Positions 13,041 to 25,726 of a DNA stretch of 64,000 nucleotides are shown one piece after another (the first letter of the stretch is position 1; each line of letters starts with the position of its first letter). The position numbers and the translations under genes were made by a program. The notes below the pieces were generated by a model, which worked only from the letters and a program-made list of their open reading frames with translations, made no database searches and was not told the DNA's origin. This DNA comes from Takakia lepidozioides (Eukaryota; Plantae; Bryophyta): assembly GCA_030704615.1 (NCBI GenBank), contig CM060733.1, forward strand, positions 69,192,001 to 69,256,000, given 5' to 3'.

Positions 13041-15389
13041 ATTAAATGTTGCAGCTCAGATTCCCGCTTAGCGGTTTTTTGAAGAAATTTGGAAAACAGC
13101 ACGAGTCGCTACAGAGTTTTGCAAAAAATAGCCATACATTATGTCCATCCACTGACATTCATCCAGATCTCTACAATAATCCATTTATATCATCCATATT
13201 TGACAAATTCATCCATAATTTATCTTTTATTTTTGGCGATTTCAATTTGTGACAGAATATTCCATTTTATTTTCTGAGGTCGAAATCTGGCGAAAATTCG
13301 CCAATAAATATTGTTGGTTTTTTCAGTCGACTTCATAAAATTTTATATATGTGTCCATTTCTAAATTAAATAATCTAATAAATTTGTCGAATAAATTATT
13401 TGTATTAACATCCCTCTATTTAGTATCAAATATATCGTTTGCTATCTTTGTATATCGTCTTGTATCATTGTCATCTAAGTCTTGTTGAAAAGGTTCTAAA
13501 ATCACAGTTGAAATGCATGGGAGGTAATCAATTTGTGAAGCGAGACGTTTGTTTTGTTTTGTTTTGTTTTGTTTTGTTTTGTCACGTTGAGATGTCCCGA
13601 ACTGCAAGGCCCCAGCCCTGGTGCTTGGTACCGTTGGAAAGCCCTCGACGAGGAGGGGTGCACGGGCTTGGTCTCAGGATTTTTGGACATGCGGTGTGGG
13701 AGATGGAGAATTCCAAGTACTTTTGATCACTGGAAATTCACAAAAAATAGCAAAAATTCCTGGACAATGGTTGGAGCCTCGACGGGAGAGATATCAAGGG
13801 AAAGGTCTCCGGTTCAAATCTGGTCGTAGGCTCTGTGGAAAAAAACTGATTAGACTTGAATGACTTAGATGACATTGGACACTTGGGCCAACGGCACAGG
13901 CTATCCTAGGGCCTAGAGGCACATAGGAGACGCACTTGGATACACAGGAAATTGCACTTGGGCTTACATGACAGTGGACAATTGGGGCTCTACATGGGAG
14001 ATGCACTTGGATACATGAATAGAAGATTGCACTTGGATACATAGGAAATTACACTTGGTCTTAGATTTCAATTCTTCACATATGGGGCAATCGGCATAGG
14101 CTACTCTAGAGGTCGCACTTGTGCCTCGAGCGGTGTGAGAGATGTGGAATTCCAAGTACTTTTGGTCGCTGGAAATTCCCCCAAAATAGCAAAAATGGCA
14201 AAGTGGGCATTCCTTGGACAATGGTTGGAGCCTCGACGGGAGAGATATCAAGGGAAAGGTCTCCGGTTCAAATCTAGTCGTAGGTTCTGTGGAAAAAAAA
14301 TGATTAGATATGGCTTGTTTCATATATTGATGCACTTGGACTTAGATGACATTGGACACTTGGGCCAACTGCACAGGCTATCCTAGGGACGCCCATCGCC
14401 GCAGCAGCTCGTTGCCTCGGGGTGGTATAGTATAAGGACGAGATGCGGCGCCTCCGTCTCCTCTTCGCAACGGGAGTCTCCAGGGTGTAGAGACTAGAGA
14501 CGTGTTAAGTGCTAGTGTAGTTTGTGTGTGTTTGTTTGGGGGAGTGGAAGGCAAGGGATAATGTGCAAGTATACTAGATTACGTTAGTGTAGTAATGATA
14601 TCAATAATGATTGGATATATTACTACTCAATAAATTCATGGAAAAAGAAAGTGGGGCCTTGACATGGGAGACGTACTTGGATACGTAGGAGATTCCACTT
14701 GGGATTAGATAACACTCGACACTTGGGCCTCTACATGGGAGATACACTTGGATACATGAATAGAAGATTGCACTTGGGCTTACATTGGCCTCGACATAGG
14801 AGACGCACTTGGATACATAAGAAATTGCACTTGGTCTTAGATTTTCAATTCTTCACACTGGGCCAACAACATAGGCTACACTAGAGGTCGCACTTGTGCC
14901 TCGACATAGGAGATGCACTGGGATACATAGAAGATCTTACACTTGGGGGCTTAGATGACACTGGATACTTGGGCCAACGGCAGATGCTACCCTAGAGGTT
15001 GCATTTGGGCCTCGACATAGGAGACGCACTTGGATACATCGAGATTGCACACTAGGCTTAGATGGACCTCGACATGGGAGACGCACATGGGAGATGCCTT
15101 TGGATACATAGGAGACACACTTGGATACATAGGAGATTGCACTTGGGCTTAGATGACACTTGGGCCAACGACGCAGGCTACCCTAGTGGATAATGAAAAC
15201 GACATACTGCTTGATTTTTTTTCGTACATGTTTGTTTGTGTCGATGAATATAGATCATCATGAGTTAGAATTGTAAATTATAATGATATTATAATATATA
15301 TGATAAAGAATAATAAAAACCTTAAGAGGATATAAAATATACAAAAAAAAAACTAAATTTTATAATATCTTAAAATATAACATAATCTG

Positions 15390-15680
15390 TTATTTATTAA
15401 TAACCTTCAAGTATCTATTATCCTAGGTAAAGGTTCATTTAGAGTAGGTGTTATTTGGAGAAGGCCACTAGTATACTCACCATGAAATATTACCCTTTAA
15501 TATATATATATATATACAATTATTTATTAATAACATTCAAGTATCTATTATCCCAGGAGAGGTTCATTTAGTGCAGGTGTAATCTGGGGAAGGCCACTAT
15601 AGTATCCTCACACCTTGAAATATTATCAATTTATATATATATTCAGTTATTTATTAAGAACCTTCAAGTATCTATTATAC
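15390..15680. repeat. AT-rich tandem repeat, ~125-bp unit, ~2.5 copies
   Basis: TATTTATTAA..TTCAAGTATCTATTA recurs at ~15391, 15521 and 15648. Confidence 0.8.
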
Positions 15681-17477
15681 AATATTTTCATGGCGGTCTT
15701 CACAGCTTTGAGAGTCGAGACTGAAAGGACAGAATAACCTGAAGGGAGGTAGTTCTGTCACATGTATGTAAGGACCTTTGACTTCATCGAACAAGAGCCG
15801 TGCAAGATGGAAGGACATGATGTGAAATCTAAGGTACTGCTCAATGCGATAATGACCGATTGATGAGTAGAGGAAGTGTAAGGCCCTACATAAAGTGTGC
15901 ATTACACGGCGGTGGGTCTGCAACCGTCCATGCCTTCACTGTCAGACTGACCCACATCTCCCATTATTTCAATTCAATATCAACATTTTGGCTCAAATAA
16001 CCATATAATTTACCTCTATCCAGGTAGTTTCGTATCACCCATTTATAGATAGTTCTGACTTATTTTGATGTCAGTGGTCCTCGTTCTTTTCATAATTCGC
16101 AAGTTGCCGGGTGTCATCCGAGAAGAGGTTCATTTAGGGCCGGTGTTATCTTGGAAAGGTGTAACAAGGAGTTGATTTTTTTTTAACACTGATGGGTAGT
16201 CTCCTCTTTATCAGTCTCCTCTTTAGGGATAAGCCAACAAAACAAAACAAACATCTCGCTTCATGTATTGACTAGGGTAGCCTGTGCCGTTGGCCCAAGT
16301 GTCCAGTGTCATCTAAGTCCAAGTGCATCAATATATGAAGCAAGCCATATCTAATCATTTTTTTCCCATAGAGCCTATGACCAGATTTGAACCGGAAACC
16401 TTTCCCTTGATTTCTGTCTTGTGGAGGCTCCAATCATTGTCCAGTGACCAAAAGTACTTGAAATTCGTTTTAGCCATACGTATCTCATCATTTTTTTTTT
16501 CCACATAGCCTACTATGACCAGATTTGAACCAGAGACCTTTTCCTTGATATCTCTCTCGTCGAGGCTCCGATCATTGTGCCATGAAAGCCCAATTTCATA
16601 TTTTTTGCGAATTTCCGACGACCAAAAGGACTTGAAATTCCCATCTCCCACACCGCAGGTCCAAAAATCATGAGACCAAGCCCGTGCACCCCTCCTCACC
16701 GAGGGCTTTCCAACGGTACCAAGCACCAAGGCTCAGCCGCGGTTTGGGACATCTCAACGTGACAAAACAAACAAAACAAAACAAACGTCTTGACTCATAT
16801 ATTGATGTATCCAAGTGCATCTCCTATATTGAGGCCCATGTGTGAAGAATAATATATCCAAGTACGACCTCTAGGGTAGCCTATGCTCTTGGCCCAAGTG
16901 TCCACTGTCATCCAAGTCCCAATGCAATCCCCTATGTATCATTGTTCTAACAAAGCCCACTTTGCTAATTTTGCAATCTCCCCTGTCGAGGCTTCATATA
17001 TTGATATATCCACTTTGCTATTTTTCGCGAATTTCCAGCGACTAAAAGTACTTGAAATTCCAAATCTCTCACGTGAAGGGCCAATCGGTGCTCCAGGAAA
17101 GCCCACTTCGCTATTTCCGAGAATTTCTAGTGACACAAAGTACTCAAATCTCCACATCTCCACATCGCCACACTGCGGGTCCAAAAATCATGAGACCAAG
17201 CGGGTGCACCCTTCCTCATCGAGGGCTGTCGAGCGCACCAAGCACCTAGGCTAGGGCCGCGGTTTGGAGATCTCAAGTTTCAACGACGCTACAAAACAAA
17301 ACAAAACAAATCATATATTGATATGCACATAAGATACGCAAATGCAGAATGGCATTCATCCATGGGAGTGGACTGAGAGTGGCTAAGGCTCGTCTCGCAA
17401 ACCAAGAAACAAGAGACCCACGGCTAGGCGAGCTTGGGAGCGGTGCACGCTGGATGCAGGCCTAGCGAAACACATCA

Positions 17478-20400
17478 ATGGAAGCCGCGATGGCGCTGGA
17501 CGTGGGAGTTCTGGATCCTGACCTACTGCAGCTGGCCGATCTGACCCTTCCTTCATCCAAACCTGCCTTGTCCAAGATACGTCTGGATGACCTCTTTGCG
17601 CAATGGCTTTCCCTTCCCGATACTCAGCGGCTGGTACATACGTTTCGCCCCAACTCTCTGCCATCGTCCTGTTTCTCCATCGTTTGAGTATTTCACTGTT
17701 TGAGTCTACCTAAAATGCGAACTATTTGCACTCGTGGGGCATGCACTTGTGGAGCATGTTACGGACCATTACCTTTACTGCGGTGATTCGCTTAAACAGG
17801 TCTCCAGTGCGTCTCTCACATTTCTTCAATGTCTTTAATTTTTTTGCTGGTATCCGTAAACCCCAAGCACCACCCTTCTCTTGCATCATTTTCACTATCT
17901 GTCTGTTTCTCTGGCTGCGACGGCATTCCTCACTCTTTACTATCTTCGCCCGCCTTATGTCCGGACGGACTGTGAAGGGTTGGATTTTGCAATTATGACA
18001 TTAGTTGGTAGTGTCTCTACCTTTAACATTTGCAGTTGGTGTTAAGGACTTCCCTAGGTCTACCTCAGGCCAACCTTGCGAGTTAGACAAGGCGGAAGGT
18101 TGGAAGGCACAGCCTGTTGCGTATATTGGTGATTTTCTTTTCCATGCCTATAGGGCGCTGCGGACTGATGGTCTGTTTTAGTGTCCGTTTGGGCCAGGTA
18201 ATGACATTGCTGGAGGATGCAAAGGCAGGAGTGTTACAGGCAGGGCCAGGCAATGCTGCTGGCACAAGTGCAGCACTGCTGCCATCAGTCTTTCCTGCAG
18301 GAAGTACACCTCCGCTGTCTCCCCGGAGCTCTGGCTCCCCACTGTCCCCCAGGTCACCCATGAGACGCAGTGGTTCTGGACCTAGCTCAGGGTCTCCCTT
18401 GAAGAAATCCAGTGAGCCACTTCAGGAAGTTATTCCTCAGGTACCTCATAGGTTGCCCTTTGACATGTCTGTGAAACCCTAGTAAGATACTCTGCTAGAG
18501 GCAGGCCAAGTGAGGAGTGGTGGTCTAAGATTGTCAATGCATCGGCTAAGCTGCTTGTTTTCTTTATTGGGGGGCTTGGGGTTGGGGGTTGCCTGCAGTT
18601 CTATTTCCCTCATGGACCTCCTGCATCAAGAGAAATTGCGGATCAGTTTTTGGCTCGCATTAATACAATATTTGCCAGTCATTCCGATGGGTTGCCTTTG
18701 TCAGGTTAGTGGCAATGCTTAGGCTTATTCCTCCTAGTGGACAACCGGATGGTGGACATACTTTGTCGTCTTTCACATCTGATCTCTTGCTTAGGGGATG
18801 GCCTTAAACTGTCATTGATTTTCCAACAGCTAGCAATTCATGTGGTATGTTACTTTAAGAGGTGCAAGAAATGGTCCCATTTAGTACTCTTCCCAGGCTT
18901 ATGTTGCTATTGGTTGTCTGAGCTTGGCTGCAGCATTCATGGCAGTCACAAAGGAAATTTGTAAACTGCCATCATTTTTCTCCAGCAGTCTATTCAAAAA
19001 AATTGATGTCAGCAGTACAGGCTTGGTAACAAGGTTTGATTTCAGTCTGCCTGAGTGTCTTCAGACCTTTAGCCTATGTTATTTATGCTTTACCTCGCTG
19101 TACAGTCACCTCTGGCTTTCTTGAAAGCAGTCTGTGCATATCTAGGGCTGGACGGATGTGGGATGCCTTTAGGCTCCTTGGACAACGAGCATATAAATAT
19201 GGAGTTATATGAAAGCAATGTTAGTTCGATCACAGTCATGGAGGATGGGTTCTAGGCCTCCTTTATGGTAGACAAGCCCCTGGGGATGTTTGAACTACAT
19301 TTCCCCATTGCCAATGTCTTTCCCTCTCCAAGTTCCAATGTGACTTCTCCACAAATCGCTCCTCAATCGAGATAGTTTGTTTGGCTCACTGTCTGTTGTT
19401 GAGCTTGGTTTTGTTGCATACCACAGTCCAAAGACTTCATAAACAACCAGGATAATGTCTGACTCTGTGACTCATCCTAATCAGCTGATGCCCGGACACT
19501 GGAGAAGCTGCTTCTGTATTGTTCAGGGCTGCCATCACTTGTAACCTCCAAGTTGAGGCATTCTTATGGTAGCTGGTTTAGTTACCCTCATATTAGGGCA
19601 AACTAGGGGAGTAATGAGTAGGACAAGTCAATTCTGTCTTCGTTGTACTCGTTGGGGAACTTGCTTCAGGCTTCCTGTCCAGATAGGAGGCTGTGATGTA
19701 TTCTTGCAACAATTCTTGGCGACAACTTGAGGTTAAGCTACACAGTGGTCCATGTGTCTATCTGCACTTGTGCATCAGCCCTCATGTTCTTTGCTCAAAG
19801 AATTGTCAAATGCCATTTTAGTTTTTCCATAGGAGCATCTTGGTGGTGTAGTTGGTGAAGACTCTATGGCTCTTGTGGTCCTTGGGTGCTTTGCATATGA
19901 GAACTTCATATACCAGCCAACACCAATGAGCATTTGGATCTAACTTCGTCTGCTGCTGGTGCACTACTGGTGCAGGGAGAGGTTCATAGAGTACTGGGTG
20001 GACCAGAATATGCTGACGGCTGATATTGCAACACGCATCTTTACAGTGTTGAAGCAACCTGACAAAACCTTCCTCACTCAGGTTAGTTTTTATCCTGTTT
20101 GTATATTATGCCATGACATATCAACCCCATTGCTGTCCCCTTGTGATGTGTTTCTAATTCACAAGAGTTATGATGTGTAAGAGGTCAATGAATCACTCCA
20201 GATGGCCCCCCCCGAACAATTGCCATGGACTCACCTCCAACGTAAGTGGGAAATTATAGCTCCTGCATTTCCCTAGGAAGGGAAGGCAGATATTGAATGT
20301 GATGTAGGGTTTGAGTGTGATGGTTTCATGTCCCAGTGAACAGCATGGAGCTACTTGGACTACGACTAACTGTAAACAAATCGCATGGAAAATTTGAGGC

Positions 20401-23400
20401 TGACAGGCTTTTCACTTGCTTAGGGAGTGTATAATTACCTGATGGAAGACCCCCTCTTTAAGTACATGAGGATCCTGTTTATTCCAACAAGTGTTGCCCA
20501 ACTTGAAGCTAAATACTGATGATTCCTCAGGCCAAGGAAGGGGACATTGTCAACTAGTGGCTTGGAAAGGTTATTCACAGACAAGCGATGAATTGTGGTG
20601 GTTGTTCGAGATATTCAGGATAGTGGATTCCCAGGGAGGAAGAAGGGAATGGCAACAGTAGCATAGCATGGCTGTTCAATGAGAATTTGCTGGTACACGT
20701 AGATGATATTGGTGTATGGTTTGCAGGATGATTTTAGGCCCATATTGAGGGAGCTTCTTTTGTCGCATCGTGGCTTGGAGTTTCTTCATGATACACCTGA
20801 GTTTCAAGAGAGATATGGTATGCACGAAGTTTATAGGTTGATTTATCAGGTTCTTATAGTAAGGCAGCGACAGTTCATTTTAGGAAGGTTGCTTTGTCTT
20901 TTCAGTTTCATGCGTGTCCACTTGGGCATCTGATATGATTACTGAAATTAGTCTGCCAATGGGGCTGGACATTTGAGCCATGGAGATTATGTTAGGTCTT
21001 AAAAGCCTTTGATTGCAGCTGTTGAAAAAAGATGTGAGCCTCCTGCATTCATGATGCTTCTGTGAGTTGTCTTAGGGTCATTGTCTGTGTTTTTGGTGCA
21101 TGGGAGTTCCCAATATTTTGATGGCTTGCTTGGAGGCGAGAGTGTGGCAGACCTGTTGGTTGTTATGTGTGAGGTGCTGTGTGGGAGAGAGTTTACTGTT
21201 TAGTATACGGTCCAGAATGTTGGTGGGACTGATGAGCTGGTGTGGGTTACCGAAAATTTCGTATAGGTCTTTGGTACCCCTTTAGTCCGCCTTTTGAAAT
21301 TAGTTGTTGGTGGCTAATCTGTGGTGGTGGTTGTGGATTCAGCGGAGACAGTGGTGTACAGAATATTTTACCATGTAAATAGGGCAGGAAACGGGCGGCT
21401 ACAGCTTAGAGAGATAAAGCGGAGCAACCTAGTCGCTGCTTTGCAACAAGTGGATGAAGAGGAAGACATCAACAGGGTGTTACGGTGTGTAGTGCTCCTC
21501 CCATAGCTTCCCAGTGTCATGTCAATTTCAGAGACTTGTAGAAGGCTTGCTAGTCCTGCATGTGACTTTCGGCTCGAAATAACACCACTGTCTTGCTGTA
21601 CCTGTAGAATAATGACCTGGTTAGACTTTTGGGGTGTGGATGCAAAGTCGTGTGTGCTTTCAATAGGTTGAGGCTTGCACCATTGTTCTTATGTGTACTG
21701 CCACATATGCTTATGTGAGATGTCAGTAGATTCGTACTGATTTATCCTGGTGGAAGTGCCCAGTCTTGTCTCTTGCTCCTGGTAAATGAAGTTTATGTAT
21801 GCATTGCATCCTTTTTCATTATGTGGGCAGCCAATCTGGACACCTTGTGTAACTTTGATGTATGGGCACCAGAAATCTTGAGCCCTCAACATGTCCCATC
21901 TCCAGGCAGAATGCAGAGAACACATGAGTTCCTTCCTGGAGGGATTGGCCTTGGGTGTTGCACTCATACCCCCTTCCCGTTTGATTTTTCGTGTCAACCT
22001 TTGCTGAGATAGTGCAGATGGGCGATTGTGTATGACTAAGAGGACGTGCAAAGTGAGCTGAGGATAATAGCATGGGACAGTGCATGCCATATGGTAGCTT
22101 GTCTATGTAGCTGAAATGTATGTGTGCAGATGGATTGAAGTGTGGGTTAATTGGCAGGTATTTCTCATACGAGCATTTTTATGTGATTTATTGCAAATTC
22201 TGGGAGCTGGATTCCGATCGTGATTTTTTGATAGATAAGGATGACCTCCTTCGGTATGGTAACCATGCTCTTACATACCGCATTGTGGACCGTATTTTTT
22301 CTCAGGTGGGCCTCAGTATTTTGTTGGCATGTCTTCTGTGTTGGGCCCCATCTACCTTCAAGTTCTATTGGTTGCTTTTGATCACTTCATCCTTGCTTAC
22401 ATCATAGCCATGAGCTTGATGTTCGTACAAACATACAGAGCACCTGCATGGGACTACTTTGAGCTTGTGAATGTGTGGAGGACACTTGGGATGAGGTCAT
22501 GGTTCTGTGCTTTTGGCTGGAAGGTGTACTATAAGGAGTGGTTCTCCTTATGTAAATGGGGTGTATGACAGGTTCCAAGGAAGTTCACCAGCAAAGTAGA
22601 GGGGAAGATGGGGTACGAGGATTTTGTGTGGTTTATCCTCTCTGAGGAGGACAAGTCCTATGAACCCAGTCTAGAATATTGGTGCGCTTTCTTCTCCTTC
22701 TGTGTTCATGAAGCCTCGCACCCTGTCCATCCTGTCTTTCCTTCCTCTCCTTCACCATCTCTCTTCTCTCGGTCCCCTTACAAAGGTAGTAACTATTCCC
22801 TATATTTTCGTCCAAGCTGGGCACGGGGTCTATGGCCACAAGGCTACGGCAAACTAAGTCTTATGAGTACATTCTCTTCTCCCGGTCTTGTTCTTGCTGC
22901 TTGATTTGAACCAACTAGATGTAAGTGTGCTTATTTAAACAAGGAAAGGGGAAATATCCCAGAACAAAGTTCATGAAAGAAAATCCTTGTTCAAACTTTG
23001 GCTGATAGTAAATGCTGACCCAGATAGCAATCAGAGAAACATGCCTAACCAGGGGAGATGCCTGAGCTAACCACTTTCCCTCCTAAATCTCCTCTCTCTC
23101 TCTCTCTCTCTCCCTTTTGTTCCCGCTCAAACTGGGCGCGGGGTCAATGGCCACAAGGCTACGGCAAACAACGTCTTATGAGTACAATCTCTCTGCCAAT
23201 AATGTGTGACTGGCAGTGCAATCATAGCCACGTCGCCTTGCATCAAGAGACCCAGTGCCTTTCATCTCCACTGTGCAATGAGCCATTCAACCACAACCCC
23301 TTCATGTGAAATGTGGCAGACATATACAGTAGGTATCAACAAGGTGTCTTGGATGAGATTAAAGCAAGCCCTCAAATTGGAACTTTAGTGTGCATGACCA

Positions 23401-24936
23401 GAGGGCTGTTTGCCAGTACCATGCCAATTTGGGCATCAGTTTTGCCCTTACCCCCGTTGAAGGGTTGTCTTGGAAATAAAGACTACAAGTGTGGAAGGAG
23501 TTCTGAAGGGCGTATGCCAGGACGGATGGGCTGGGGGCTTTAGGTTCAAGTGTGTGGACTTGGACTGCGATGGTATTGTGACACCAAATGAGATGCAGTA
23601 CTTTTATGAGGAGCAGCTGCATCGCATGGAGTGTATGGCACAAGAGCCTGTCCTCTTTGAGGATATTGTTTGTCAAATGGCTGACATGATTTGCCCAGAG
23701 GTGAGGTTGTGATGTCAGCCCTTTGATCAATGCAGGCATGATTGCTAGATTATAGTACATGTGAGGCATGTGGTTGATTTGGCACTTTAATCATGCAAAG
23801 GCTAGGAGTTGCGGGATTGCTTCCCTATCTACAGTGATGCCAAATGGCTTGTCCCTATGTGTGTCAAAAGTGACAAGCAAGCAAGTGTAGCTCCTTTGTT
23901 CTAAAGAGTACAAGTCTCCATTCACAGATCACATTAAGTGGTGTTATACAGGGAGTGTAAGGGGAAGACTGTATGCCCAGAAATGTTTTGCTTATGCTTT
24001 GACAAAGGGACCGGTAGGCAAGGGCATGATGTGTTGAGCAAGCACCGAGAATTCATGTGATGGATTGTCCTGCAGAAAGAGGGGCAGCTAACACTCCGCG
24101 ACTTGAAACGGTGCAAGTTATCTGGCAATTTTTTTAATATTCTTTTCAACCTGAACAAATTTGTAGCATTTGAGACCCGCGACCCCTTTCTCATTCGACA
24201 GGTATGTGAACCTGTCGTATTGACTCAATTATTTCTCTCTCTATGATTGAGACCTCTTACTGAAATACTTAGTTTCAGGAGTTGCTGCTGTCTAGAATAG
24301 ACATATGTGCTCAAATGCTATAATGCTCAAGATCATGTGCACCACCAACCAGCTCAAGTATTCTGTTCACCACCAAAAAGCATCAATTAGCGAGTTATTG
24401 TCAATGTGCTTTGCCAACAAGTGACATTTCAAGTAAATAATGATGGACACAAGAGACAATTTGCGACTTTCAACCTACATGCATATGAGTTTACCCTGCA
24501 GAAATGTTGTAAGAGTCAGCCATCATTGTTTAGAAAGTGTAAGAGATGTCCTGAGGCCTGACAGTTTACAGCAGTCAAAGCAACCATAGCAGCGAGATGA
24601 CTGGAAATGGTTTCCACAAGTCTTGGTGCTGACCAAATTGATGAGTTTGTTCGAATAGATTTTTGCTCTGAATGGATTCCACCTTCACCTAGTCGTCTTG
24701 AAAGTTTTTTGTTGGGAGTGAAGAAAAATAAGATGCTAGGAAGGAAAAGCTGTGTCTGGTATGTCAGGTGCTGAAATTGTAGGTTGGGGTTGCAGGAGAG
24801 GGAGGATCCATCACTAACAGAGTGGGACCGTTTCGCTTATACGGAGTATATCCGCTTGTCTATGGAAGAGGATGGCGAGGATGCTTCCAATGGAAGTGCA
24901 GAAGTCTGGGAGGAATCCTTTGAAGCCCCCTTTTAA
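17478..24936 (+). CDS. Serine/threonine protein phosphatase 2A regulatory subunit B'' (EF-hand, PR72 family), 12 exons, 541 aa
   Basis: Exons 17478-17633, 18198-18440, 18599-18704, 18934-19033, 19976-20081, 20727-20817, 21343-21484, 22158-22305, 22572-22681, 23544-23700, 24076-24201, 24796-24936; all GT-AG, phases consistent, 1626 nt. Motifs [68 protein letters not shown]-terminal EAPF. Confidence 0.97.
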
Positions 24937-25726
24937 TCCCTCTAGTATGCTATGGGTCATCTGCAGCTATGGGACCATTTCCATGGGTTTGTTCTGTATG
25001 CACCATCTGTCAGGATATACTTCAAGTCCTCAGTTTAGGCATGGGTCCACACTATTGGGCTGGGCTCCCTCAGCTACCAGTGCTGAGATCTCTGCCCTCA
25101 ACATGGTTCATATTTTCTGGACCTGGTTCTCTTGACCATTCAATTTACAAACCTTTGAGATCCCAGCCATGTATGGTTCACATACTATTGGTACCCATCC
25201 AAAACTGCTAGCACGTGCGCAGGTCAGTGTATCAGTTCCCAATTGATCTCGGATCTCAACTTTGCTGACTAAACACTGTATAGAGGTTTTCTTTTGGTGG
25301 TTGACACTGTTCTCAGAAGATGTGTCTGGATAAGACACTTCCAGTTGGGAGTCATAAAAGCCAGTACCTGGATGGTAGCATGAAGCAGCGAGGTGCTAAT
25401 TGGAGCTGTGCCAACCTGATTTCCATGTATTTACCTTCAGAAATGGATGTTCCAGATTAAAGCCAGCGGCGATGTGATGCCATGGAAACTGACTTCACAA
25501 CCCATGTGAGAGAAGAGGTTACACCTAGATGCTTGTTTAGAGATGATATTAGCATGTTTTAGGCCATTCTCATCCATGCAGTTTCATTGGGGATGACAAG
25601 GGCAGCATGCACTATTCAGTCTGTAATACACCTTCCAACACTTAATTTGAAAGGTTCCCACAAGGATTGGGTTTATCTTTGGGATGTTGATGATCATATC
25701 CTATGCCTGTGAGAGGAGGTAATTAT

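Larger units (their letters stand above)
11015..17321. mobile_element. Cluster of non-autonomous Helitron copies in both orientations
   Basis: Units start TC(AAT..) and end ..GGGCCAACGGCAC(A/G)GGCTA(C/T)CCTAG: + at 13528-13909 and 14601-15186 (flanked A^T); - at 12143-~12645, 16272-16805, 16871-17321, 11591-11937 and 11015-11576. Head-to-tail CTAG|TC junctions at ~12143 and ~16272. Confidence 0.75.

Noticed and set aside
14415-14510. tRNA-like start GGTGGTATAGTATAAGG
   Set aside because: No cloverleaf or B-box could be built.
11628-17254. Recurrent short ORFs (MLGTVGKPSTRRGARAW etc.)
   Set aside because: Chance ORFs within non-autonomous Helitron copies.
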